In this document: positions 35,198 through 43,520 of the stretch, piece by piece | How positions within the stretch are numbered: position 1 is the first letter of the stretch | Layout of the letters: each line of letters begins with the position of its first letter | NCBI GenBank assembly: GCA_025352885.1 | Contig: JANXRZ010000223.1 | Span: 33,291-97,290, forward strand | Direction: 5' to 3' | DNA: 64,000 nt | Origin: Pseudomonadota bacterium | Lineage (GTDB): Bacteria; Pseudomonadota; Gammaproteobacteria; Burkholderiales; SG8-39 | Translations under genes and position numbers: made by a program | The notes under the pieces: model-generated | Seen by the model: the letters and a program-made list of their open reading frames with translations, nothing else | Told to the model about the DNA's origin: nothing | The model's database searches: none

Positions 35198-36342
35198 CGC
35201 AACCCCAGCCCGCGGGCGATGATGCCGCGCAGGATCTCGCGCGTGCCGCCCCGGATCGTGAAGCCGGGCGCGCGCAGCATCGTCATGCCGAGCAGTTCGG
35301 CGTAGCTCTCGCCGCGCGCAAGCGTCGGCTCCGTCGGGATCAGGTGACGGAAGACTTCAGGGACTTCGCGCTCGAAAGTCGTGCCGACATCCTTGACGAG
35401 CGCGGCTTCGACAGCGGGCTGCGCGCCTTTCTGCAGCTGGCCGGCGATCGAGCTCGACATACGCCGAAGCGTCGCGAGGTGCGCGACGAACCGGCCGATT
35501 TCATTTGCCGCACGGTCGTCCGGCTTGGGACCGAGTTCACGGATCGACTGCGCGAGCAGCTGGTAGGTCGAGAGGAACCGGTCCGGCCCCGAGCGCTCGA
35601 AGGCAAGCTCGCCCGTGACCATCTTCCAGCCCATGCCGACGCCGCCCATGACCATGTCGTCCGGGACGAAGTACTCGTCGAACACGGTTTCGTTGAAATC
35701 GTGGCCGCCGTAAAGGTTGTAGATCGGCCGCACGGTGACGCCGGGCTTGGAGAGATCGACGATGAACTGCGTGAGGCCCGCATGGCGATCCTCTTCCTTG
35801 GGCGCGGTGCGGGCGAGCGCAATCAGGTAGTGCGAGCGATGCGCATTGCTGGTCCACACCTTGGTGCCGGTGATCTTCCATCCGCCCTCGGCCTTGACCG
35901 CGCGAGTGCGGACAGCCGCGAGATCCGAGCCTGAATCCGGCTCGCTCATGCCGATCGCGAAGTAGCAAACGCCAGCGCAGATCTTCGGAAGGATTTCCGC
36001 CTTTGCGCGATCGCTGCCGTTGCGCAGGATCTGGTTGCCGCTCTGCCGGTCCGCGACCCAGTGCCCGCCCACGGGCGCGCCCCCGGCCAGCATCTCCTCG
36101 GTCATCACGAATCGCTCGAGCGCCGTGCGCTCGTGCCCGCCGTATTTCTTCGGCCACACCATGCCGATGAAACCGCGCTCGCCGCATTTCTTGCTGAAGG
36201 CGGCATCGAACGAGGACCACGAATTCTTGCTCGGCGTGAAGGCGCCGCTCGCAACCTCGCCTGCGATGAAGTCACGGACCTCGCGCCGCACCGCAACTGC
36301 GGCCGGTGGCAGCCGGACCGGTTCGAAATTGAATTGGTGCAT
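35194..36342 (-). CDS. Acyl-CoA dehydrogenase-family protein (382 aa)
   Basis: Start MHQFNFEPV. GMSEPDSGSDLA, KVWTSNAH and C-terminal TIRGGTREILRGIIAR. Confidence 0.85.
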   Translation of the reverse strand: MHQFNFEPVRLPPAAVAVRREVRDFIAGEVASGAFTPSKNSWSSFDAAFSKKCGERGFIGMVWPKKYGGHERTALERFVMTEEMLAGGAPVGGHWVADRQSGNQILRNGSDRAKAEILPKICAGVCYFAIGMSEPDSGSDLAAVRTRAVKAEGGWKITGTKVWTSNAHRSHYLIALARTAPKEEDRHAGLTQFIVDLSKPGVTVRPIYNLYGGHDFNETVFDEYFVPDDMVMGGVGMGWKMVTGELAFERSGPDRFLSTYQLLAQSIRELGPKPDDRAANEIGRFVAHLATLRRMSSSIAGQLQKGAQPAVEAALVKDVGTTFEREVPEVFRHLIPTEPTLARGESYAELLGMTMLRAPGFTIRGGTREILRGIIARGLGLR

Positions 36343-36468
36343 GGTGCCTCCCTCGCTTTTTCTCCGAGCGCTTCTCCGGATGGCCCAATATAGCCGAGAA
36401 TCCGGGAGGACAGCGGCGGGGCCTCGGCCACACCATCGAACCAAACACTAGAACGCGAAGGAGAAGGC

Positions 36469-37266
36469 ATGAGCGAGGCAGTGCTTTACCAACAGGACGG
36501 CGGCGTGGTCACCCTTACGCTGAACGAGCCGGACACACGCAATGCGATTTCGGCGGCCATCGTCGATGCGCTCGTCGGATACGTCGACCGCATCAACGCC
36601 GACCTTACCGTCGGCTGCGTGATCCTCACCGGCGCGGGCGAAGGGTTCTCGTCAGGCGGCAACGTGAAGAACATGAAGGAGCGCGCGGGCCTGTTTGCGG
36701 GCAGCCCGGCCGAGATCCGCCGCGGCTATCACTCGGGCATCCAGCGCATCCCGCTGGCGCTTTACAACCTCGAGGCGCCCTCCATCGCCGCGGTCAACGG
36801 CGCAGCGGTCGGCGCAGGCTGCGACTTGTCGACGATGTGCGACATCCGCATCGCGGGGCGCAGCGCTAAGTTTGCCGAGAGCTTCCTGCGCGTGGGCCTC
36901 GTTTCAGGCGATGGCGGCGCGTGGTTCCTGCCCAAGGCCGTCGGGATGTCGAAGGCCTACGAGATGACTTTCACCGGAGATTTCCTCGATGCGGAAGAAG
37001 CTGCGCGCATCGGCCTCGTGTCGAGGGTCGTGGACGACGACCAGCTCATGATCGAAGCGCGCAAGCTCGCAGGCAAGATTGCGGCGCAGCCCGTTCACTC
37101 GCTGCGCCTCACCAAGCGCCTGCTGCGCGATTCGCAGCAGGTGGCGTTGCCCATTGCGCTGGAGCTCGCCTCGAACATGCAGGCACTGGTGCAGCACACC
37201 AAGGACCAGCACGAGGCGGTCCTTGCCTTCAACGAGCGGCGCAAGCCCAAGTTCGAGGGCCGTTAG
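36469..37266 (+). CDS. Enoyl-CoA hydratase/isomerase (crotonase) family protein
   Basis: 265 aa. LTLNEPDTRNA, GAGEGFSSGGN, AAVNGAAVGAGCDL. Confidence 0.88.
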   Translation: MSEAVLYQQDGGVVTLTLNEPDTRNAISAAIVDALVGYVDRINADLTVGCVILTGAGEGFSSGGNVKNMKERAGLFAGSPAEIRRGYHSGIQRIPLALYNLEAPSIAAVNGAAVGAGCDLSTMCDIRIAGRSAKFAESFLRVGLVSGDGGAWFLPKAVGMSKAYEMTFTGDFLDAEEAARIGLVSRVVDDDQLMIEARKLAGKIAAQPVHSLRLTKRLLRDSQQVALPIALELASNMQALVQHTKDQHEAVLAFNERRKPKFEGR

Positions 37267-38435
37267 TGCGCACGGGCGTCTACAGCTACCCGGCCACTCG
37301 CCGGATCTCATACGGCACCGGGTTCGAGGATGCGCTTGCGCGGGAGCTCGAAACGGAACCGTCGCGCAAAGTCTTCGTGCTTGCGAGCGGCACCCTGGAA
37401 CGCGAAACGGACCTCGTTCGCCGCGTCGAGAAAGTGCTGGGCGCCCGGTTTGCGGGGCTGCATGCACGAATCGGCGCCCACACGCCAAGAACCGATGTTG
37501 TCGCCGCAGCGAATGCGGCCCGCGCGGCGGGGGCCGACCTGCTGCTCACGCTCGGCGGCGGTTCGGTGACCGATGCTTCCAAGATGGTCGCCATCTGCCT
37601 GGCGAACGACGTCACTGAAGCAGCGCACCTCGACGCCTTGCGCGTGAAGGTCGGCGCGGACGGCAAGCAGGTGCGGCCCACCTACAAGGCGCCAACGGTG
37701 GATTCGGTGACCATCCCGACGACGCTGTCTGCCGGCGAATTCTCGGCTATTGCAGGGTGCACCGACACGGTTCGCCACGTGAAAGAGGTGTTTGCGCATC
37801 CCAAGGCGGCGCCGCGCACGGTGATCCTCGACCCTGCGCTCACCGTGCACACGCCGGAGTGGCTCTGGCTCTCGACCGGCATCCGGGCGGTCGATCACGC
37901 GGTCGAGGACCTGTGCTCGTCAAGCGCCAAGCCGTTTTCCGATGGGACGTCCTTCCATGCGCTGCGGCTGCTCGGAAAAGGATTGCGCGCCGTGAAAGCC
38001 GATCCCGGCAATCTCGAAGCGCGCCTCGACTGCCAGCTCGGGTGCTGGATGTCCATCGTCGGCAGCAGCGCAGGGGTCGAGAAAGGGGCGAGCCACGGGA
38101 TTGGCCACGTGCTGGGCGGCACCGCGGGTGTACCGCACGGCTACACGTCCTGCGTGATGCTCCCGCACGTGCTGCGATTCAATGCGCCGGTGAATGCGGA
38201 GCGTCAGAAGCTTGTAAGCGAAGCGCTCGGGCGTGCGGACGTGCCTGCGGCAGAAGTGCTTGCCGACCTGATTGCCGAGCTCGGGCTTCCACGCACTCTG
38301 CGCGAGGTGAACGTCCAGCCGAACCTCCTCGACCGCATCGCCGAGGAATCCATGCACGACCGCTGGATCCACACGAACCCCCGCAAGATCGAGGGACCGC
38401 AAGTGGTTCGCCAGTTGCTGGACGCCGCCTGGTAA
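37266..38435 (+). CDS. Iron-containing alcohol dehydrogenase-family oxidoreductase (maleylacetate-reductase-like)
   Basis: The GTG at 37266 overlaps the crotonase TAG by 1 nt. GGGSVTDASK dinucleotide motif. His-rich metal region SHGIGHVLGG. Confidence 0.8.
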   Translation: MRTGVYSYPATRRISYGTGFEDALARELETEPSRKVFVLASGTLERETDLVRRVEKVLGARFAGLHARIGAHTPRTDVVAAANAARAAGADLLLTLGGGSVTDASKMVAICLANDVTEAAHLDALRVKVGADGKQVRPTYKAPTVDSVTIPTTLSAGEFSAIAGCTDTVRHVKEVFAHPKAAPRTVILDPALTVHTPEWLWLSTGIRAVDHAVEDLCSSSAKPFSDGTSFHALRLLGKGLRAVKADPGNLEARLDCQLGCWMSIVGSSAGVEKGASHGIGHVLGGTAGVPHGYTSCVMLPHVLRFNAPVNAERQKLVSEALGRADVPAAEVLADLIAELGLPRTLREVNVQPNLLDRIAEESMHDRWIHTNPRKIEGPQVVRQLLDAAW

Positions 38436-38558
38436 GCAGTTTGGCTGTAGGTCGATTCCTACAAACATCAGCTTTCCGTCCTACAGCGGTTGACGCGTGG
38501 CCATGGAATATTTACACACCGGACCCCTCGGCCCGGCGGCCACCGTGGGAGCGACGTC

Positions 38559-38903
38559 ATGAACACCCAAGCGTATGAATCGATTGCGCAGTTTTGTGTA
38601 GAGCAATACGGCAATTTCGATCCCCAAGCCTGGAAGCGACGCAGCGCCGCCGACCGGAAGCTGGTCGCGGTGACGGCCAAGTACCTCTCGATGACAAGCT
38701 GGTTCGGGTACGGCTCGGAGCTTGAGGACATCGCGAAGGAGATCGACGAGGCGCTCGTCGACAACACCGAATTCAACCGCGAGCTGGGCGCCATCGGCCT
38801 GGACCTGGCCCTGTTCTCGGCGTCCGTGCGCTGCGGGATCGCCGCCCGCAAAGGGCCTGCCTCGCTCAAGGCGCGACCGGAACGCCCGGCGTTGCACGCG
38901 TAG
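38559..38903 (+). CDS. Hypothetical protein (114 aa), no recognisable motif
   Basis: The ATG at 38559 with GGGAG 6 nt upstream is preferred over the TTG at 38490. MNTQAYESIAQFCVEQYGNFDPQAWKRR... Confidence 0.55.
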   Translation: MNTQAYESIAQFCVEQYGNFDPQAWKRRSAADRKLVAVTAKYLSMTSWFGYGSELEDIAKEIDEALVDNTEFNRELGAIGLDLALFSASVRCGIAARKGPASLKARPERPALHA

Positions 38904-38924
38904 AGCGAACCAAAGGAGACCGTC

Positions 38925-39320
38925 ATGTCCAGCACGCTGGATCCCGATAGCTTCTCGGAGAAGAACACGCCGCCCCTCAAAGGACACGACATCCGCTCGC
39001 TCGGGCCGAGCGACAGTTCGGATTCCGGATCGGACCTCGCCGGCCAGGAGTCTGAGGACGGCGTGCCGGTGGATGCGGACACCGACCGCTATGGCACCGG
39101 CGAGCGCGTTTCGGTAGCCGAGGGTGCACCCGACTCTGGAGACGTCAACGCGGACATTGCGCCCGACCGCATCGTGACTGCACAGGAAGCGGGCCTGGGC
39201 GGTGGTCTTGACCAGGCGGAGGAAGCGCAGCTGGGCATCACGGACGAAGAGCTTTTCGACAACCCGGACGACGACGAGTCCATGCTGCCGGATCCGAAGA
39301 CGAGCAAATCCAGGCGGTAA
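38925..39320 (+). CDS. Hyper-acidic, Ser/Asp-rich, probably disordered protein (131 aa)
   Basis: AAGGAG SD 7 nt upstream. By hand count 32 Asp+Glu versus 10 Lys+Arg. Motif LGPSDSSDSGSD. Basic tail KTSKSRR. Confidence 0.6.
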   Translation: MSSTLDPDSFSEKNTPPLKGHDIRSLGPSDSSDSGSDLAGQESEDGVPVDADTDRYGTGERVSVAEGAPDSGDVNADIAPDRIVTAQEAGLGGGLDQAEEAQLGITDEELFDNPDDDESMLPDPKTSKSRR

Positions 39321-39387
39321 ACGTACCGTTACCGGTACATAAACTGGCTTGAGACCCGCCCGGCGCTTAGGTCTACGAAAACGATTT

Positions 39388-40206
39388 TCAGGGATTCTCG
39401 GCTTGGCCGAAGCGAAAGCTCGACGCCGTGACACCGCCGAAAAGGTTGTCTTCGTGGTAGACCACGTCGGCCTTCTCGTTCTCCGCCGCTCCCACCGCAA
39501 CCATCAGCGGCACCAGGTGATCCTCCTGCGGATGCGCTTGCCGCGCGGCGGGCGCCTCTTCCCAACGCAGCAAACGGTTCACTCGCTGTTGGGGATCCGA
39601 GCCCACGAGTGTTTCCTGCAGCCACTTGTCGAAAGTGCTGGACGGATACCTGGCGCCTGGGCCGAACGCGCGCAGGTTGTGATAACTCAGGCCGCTGCCC
39701 ACGATGAGGACGCCTTCGTCCCGCAACGGCGCGAGCGCGCGCCCGAGCGCCAAATGCTCGGCCGGGTCGTAGCCCGACTTGAGGGACACCTGCACGAGCG
39801 GCACGTCGGCTTGCGGGTACATCACGACCATCGGGGTAAACGTGCCGTGGTCGAACCCCTGCTGCGGGTCCAGCCGCGCCTGCATGCCGGCCGCGGTGAT
39901 GAGGTCGCACGCGCGCGTTGCCAATTCAGGCGAACCCGGCGCGCTGTATTTCACGTGATAGGTGTGCTCGGGAAAGCCCGAGTAGTCGTACACCATCGGC
40001 GGATTTAGGCTGGCCATTACGCTGAACTGGTTCTCTTCCCAGTGGCCCGAGATCATCAGCACGGCCTTGGGCACGGTGCCGATCTGGCGCGGGATGTCCT
40101 TGAGCGACGCCTCGAGCACATGCAGCGCCTTGCGCCGGTCTTCCATGTACGGCCACGGCCCGCCGCCGTGCGAGATGAAGTAAGTGGGAAGTCGGGACGA
40201 GGCCAT
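39388..40206 (-). CDS. Class III extradiol ring-cleavage dioxygenase, LigB/DODA (4,5-DOPA dioxygenase-like) family
   Basis: Start MASSRLPTYFISHGGGPWPYM. DHGTFTP and GSGLSYHNL motifs. Confidence 0.8.
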   Translation of the reverse strand: MASSRLPTYFISHGGGPWPYMEDRRKALHVLEASLKDIPRQIGTVPKAVLMISGHWEENQFSVMASLNPPMVYDYSGFPEHTYHVKYSAPGSPELATRACDLITAAGMQARLDPQQGFDHGTFTPMVVMYPQADVPLVQVSLKSGYDPAEHLALGRALAPLRDEGVLIVGSGLSYHNLRAFGPGARYPSSTFDKWLQETLVGSDPQQRVNRLLRWEEAPAARQAHPQEDHLVPLMVAVGAAENEKADVVYHEDNLFGGVTASSFRFGQAENP

Positions 40207-40255
40207 GAAGTGCTCCAAGGAGATCTTTACCAGATTGTGCTCAAAGCCCGTGAAA

Positions 40256-41569
40256 TCAAGGCCGGGCCGGTTGAGCTTTCGTAGCCGCTCGCCTTTCCTG
40301 ACCTCGCCCAAGCGCCAGGGCCAGCGCGAGCCACACGGCGCTGACCGGGACTGTCAGGAACGAGATGGCAGAGAGTTCCAGGCCGAGGCCGCGCAGCGCT
40401 GAGAACAGCCACCCGCTTGCCGCGTCCGCGCCGCGGAACACGACGATGTCGATCACGTTCTTCGCCTTGTACTTCTCTTCCCGGTCGAGCACGGTGAACA
40501 GCACTTCGCGTGCGGGATTGGACAACGCGAAATTCGTGGCCCGCTGGACGGCCTGGAAAGCGATCACGACGAAAAGCGCAGGCGTCAGGGAAAGCGCGAT
40601 GAACCCCAGCACGAACACGAACGGCAACGCCGCCGCGGCCTTGCCCACGCCAAAGCGCGCAATGAGGCGCCCGGTCGCGAAGAACTGCACGAGGATCGTG
40701 AGGATGCCGATCGCAAGGTCGATGGTCGCGAAGATCCGCGTCCTCACGGCCGGATCGTCCGAAGCCGCTGCCACGATGTTGGCCTGCTGGAAATACAGGA
40801 AGGTGCCGGCAAGCGACAAGAGCGAAACCCAAAGCGCGATGCCACCGAGATAGGGTGAGCGCAGCACCATGGCAATGCCGGAGAGCCATCCGCCACCAAT
40901 CACGCCCGACTCCTTCCCGCGCACGTCCGCCGAAACTTTTGGCGCTGCGGCCTCCAGGCGATGCGCGCACACCACCGCGAGTTCCAGCAAAACCGCCGCG
41001 ACGATCAACAGGTTCACCGGTCCGAGCGGCACGGCAAGGCCGACGGTGACGAGCGGTCCGAGCAGCGCGCCGGCCGAGCCGCCCGCCGCGATGAACCCGA
41101 ACAGGCGCTTGCCCTGCTCGCTCACCCACAGGTCGGCCATGAAAGACCAGAACACGGAGACCGCGAAAAGGTTGAACACGCTGATCCACACGAAGAACAC
41201 GCGGGCCACGTGCACTTTCTCGATGTTGAGGGTGAGCAGCACCCAGAACACGGCAATGTTCAGCACGAAGAAGTGGTACACGAGCGGCACGAAGCGCTTC
41301 CTCGGCAGCCGCGCAACCACCGCCCCGAAGACGGGCACGGCCGCGAGCATGACGACGAACGTCGCCGTGAACAGCCACTGGAGGTTCTTTACGCCGCCTG
41401 CGATCCCCATCTCGTCACGCAGCGGCCGCAGGACGTAATACCCGGCGAGGAGGCAGAAGAAATATGCGAACGACCAAAGAAGCGCGCGAGCCTCGCCGGG
41501 CCGCACGTTGACCATGCGGGCGAGCCAGCGCTCAAGAGGCGCTCGAGCAGCGTCGGTCGGGTCGGGCAC
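40256..41569 (-). CDS. MFS-type transporter of the ATP/ADP-translocase-like (TLC/Npt) family
   Basis: 437 aa, GTG start, about 12 hydrophobic segments. N-terminal FFCLLAGYYVLRPLRDEMG resembles the Y..LR..KD signature of TLC-family carriers. Confidence 0.65.
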   Translation of the reverse strand: MPDPTDAARAPLERWLARMVNVRPGEARALLWSFAYFFCLLAGYYVLRPLRDEMGIAGGVKNLQWLFTATFVVMLAAVPVFGAVVARLPRKRFVPLVYHFFVLNIAVFWVLLTLNIEKVHVARVFFVWISVFNLFAVSVFWSFMADLWVSEQGKRLFGFIAAGGSAGALLGPLVTVGLAVPLGPVNLLIVAAVLLELAVVCAHRLEAAAPKVSADVRGKESGVIGGGWLSGIAMVLRSPYLGGIALWVSLLSLAGTFLYFQQANIVAAASDDPAVRTRIFATIDLAIGILTILVQFFATGRLIARFGVGKAAAALPFVFVLGFIALSLTPALFVVIAFQAVQRATNFALSNPAREVLFTVLDREEKYKAKNVIDIVVFRGADAASGWLFSALRGLGLELSAISFLTVPVSAVWLALALALGRGQERRAATKAQPARP

Positions 41570-41642
41570 TTGCGGATCTCCGTAGGGGCAGCGTAAGGGG
41601 CTGGCCTCCTACAGTAACAAAACCCGGCCGCGTTCCGTCCTG

Positions 41643-42260
41643 CTATTTCATCGAGTAGGAGAAGTCGTCGAACAGGGTGACGCTGTCGGCCTTGGTCCAG
41701 ACGCCCACCGCGCCGGCTTCCTTGATATGGGTGTCGTCCTCGACGATCCAGAGTTTCCCATCGAGGATTACGCGAATCCTGGTTCCGGAAAATTCCGCGC
41801 GAAGCGTGTGCCATGCATTGCCGGCGACCGGGGCATCCACGTACTTGATCGTTGTCCGGATGCCCTGCTTCGTATAGTAGAGCGACACATTGTTTTCGTT
41901 GGCGTTGGCGCGTGCTACGTAATACGTCTTCGCGTCCTTCCACCGCCACACCACGCCTCCGGCCTGGTCCTGCTTTCCCGACACCGGCTTGAATTTGGTT
42001 TCGACAAAGCCGTCTGCAAACGACACGTCCTTCTTCACTGCCCAGGGATAAGTGCCCGCCCCGGACTGCTTGAGGACGTTAGGCTTGCTCGGCGCGGTCG
42101 GGTCGGCGACAACGGCCCACTTGGGCGAACCCATCCCGGTTACGCCGGCTTCCCAGCCGGGCGGCAGGGTGCCAACCGGCACGGTGTCGAAACTCTCGTT
42201 CTGCGCAATCGCGGTCATGGGCGCGAGGCCAAGCGAGAACCACAAGATGAAATTACGCAT
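41643..42260 (-). CDS. Secreted DUF1080-like (concanavalin-type / 3-keto-disaccharide hydrolase-like) domain protein
   Basis: Start MRNFILWFSLGLAPMTAIAQ (signal peptide). The beta-rich body (VVWRWKDAKTYYVARANANENNVSLYY) resembles DUF1080 proteins from memory. Confidence 0.55.
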   Translation of the reverse strand: MRNFILWFSLGLAPMTAIAQNESFDTVPVGTLPPGWEAGVTGMGSPKWAVVADPTAPSKPNVLKQSGAGTYPWAVKKDVSFADGFVETKFKPVSGKQDQAGGVVWRWKDAKTYYVARANANENNVSLYYTKQGIRTTIKYVDAPVAGNAWHTLRAEFSGTRIRVILDGKLWIVEDDTHIKEAGAVGVWTKADSVTLFDDFSYSMK

Positions 42261-42287
42261 GGATTGACCTCTCTCATGATTTGGCGA

Positions 42288-42302
42288 ACAACGCTGCGTT
42301 GT
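42288..42302. promoter_or_regulatory. 7-1-7 palindrome ACAACGC-T-GCGTTGT upstream of the DUF1080-like gene
   Basis: Perfect arms. Lies 28 nt upstream of the ATG at 42260 and 72 nt downstream of the chrB stop. Confidence 0.3.
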
Positions 42303-42373
42303 GGACTTCGGCCCGAGCCGACCTGATCCACGCGTACAAGGCAGCATTTGAATTTGCCGTGTCCATGAATCCC

Positions 42374-43318
42374 CTAGGTCTTTTCCTGCGAGTAAGCGGA
42401 ATAGAACATGTCCATGATGCGCATTGCCTCAGACAACAGCGCATCGTCGTTGCGTGCCCTCTCCTTTGCACCTTTCAGGATCGTCTCGAGCCCCCTGGCG
42501 TCGGGAACAGGAATGCCGCCGACGTCGAGGAAATGAATGGCACCGGCGATCAAGGCAAGGCCGGAATTGCCTTCCAGCCCGAAGCTGGTCATGAGGACCT
42601 CGAACGTGACCCGGTTGTCGACGTGCGTGAATTCGGCCCCGTCGAAATCGAACCCGACCGCGCGACGTGGGCAATCCTTCGGCCGTGCCAGCCACAGGAA
42701 TTTCGCTTCCCGATCGATGAACCGCTTGATGAGCCACGCGCTGGCGATCCGGTCGACCCAAAGGTCCTGCCGCGTCGCCCAGGTCCGCTTCTGGAATTTG
42801 GCCCGGTCGAGTTGGCGCAAGCGTCTTTTGGATGCGCGCGGCTCGGTGCCCGAGTAAGTCTCGTCGTACGTGCGGATCAATGCGCCGACCGCTTCGGCCG
42901 CCTGCAGCTTGCCTTGCCCGGGGAAAAAATCGATCTCGCCGAGCCTGGCGACGGCACGCTCGAAGCGGTCGATGGCCGTCTTGGCTTTTCGCGCGCCCAG
43001 CCGCGGCAAGTCCTTCTTTGCCGCCGCCACCTTCTGGACGAGCGCCCCGTAGTCCTGCGTACGGTCGAAAAGCTTACGGATGTCCTCCGATTGCTCGGCC
43101 GTCTTCGGTTTGAGCTCGACTGTCATGGCGAATCCGCCGGCCGAACGGATCTCCGATTCGAGCGACGCCAGCCCCGCGCTCCCGGGCGTCCCGGACGGCA
43201 GCACATACAAGCCGTCGCGCAGCACGCCGCAGCCGGTCTCCTTCAGCGCACGCCATACGCGCATGCGCATAGTCGAATTGCGCGTAGGGAGGCTCAGCAC
43301 GAGGGCGTCGAAAACCAT
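42374..43318 (-). CDS. chrB: Chromate-resistance regulator-like protein ChrB
   Basis: Start MVFDALVLSLPTRNSTMRMRVWRALKETGCGVLRDGLYVLP (ChrB N-terminal domain). The C-terminal Chrome_Resist-like region reads WVDRIASAWLIKRFIDREAKFLWL. Confidence 0.8.
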   Translation of the reverse strand: MVFDALVLSLPTRNSTMRMRVWRALKETGCGVLRDGLYVLPSGTPGSAGLASLESEIRSAGGFAMTVELKPKTAEQSEDIRKLFDRTQDYGALVQKVAAAKKDLPRLGARKAKTAIDRFERAVARLGEIDFFPGQGKLQAAEAVGALIRTYDETYSGTEPRASKRRLRQLDRAKFQKRTWATRQDLWVDRIASAWLIKRFIDREAKFLWLARPKDCPRRAVGFDFDGAEFTHVDNRVTFEVLMTSFGLEGNSGLALIAGAIHFLDVGGIPVPDARGLETILKGAKERARNDDALLSEAMRIMDMFYSAYSQEKT

Positions 43319-43366
43319 GGTCTTGTTATATATATCACATAGAAGTGACATAAAAACATATTTTTG

Positions 43367-43395
43367 TTGACACCACGAAATCGCCGGCGTAACGT
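43367..43395 (+). promoter_or_regulatory. Sigma70-like promoter facing the ornithine cyclodeaminase operon
   Basis: TTGACA (43367-43372), a 17-nt spacer, then TAACGT (43390-43395), in the AT-rich chrB/OCD divergent gap. Confidence 0.35.
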
Positions 43396-43520
43396 TCGGT
43401 CCGTGAGTTGTTCCGGCCGGCATGGGCGGTGCAACCAGCCGGGTCAATGCACGCACCCGGCACGCCAAGACGCATCCCGTCTCAAGCGCTGCTCCTGATC
43501 CCTCGCGGGAAGGAGTCGCT

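Noticed and set aside
38490-38520. TTGACG ... TATTTA / TACACA as a promoter for the small hypothetical gene
   Set aside because: Spacing to the good -10-like hexamer TATTTA is only 13 nt. With 17-nt spacing the hexamer is TACACA, which is a poor match. It was not reported as a feature.
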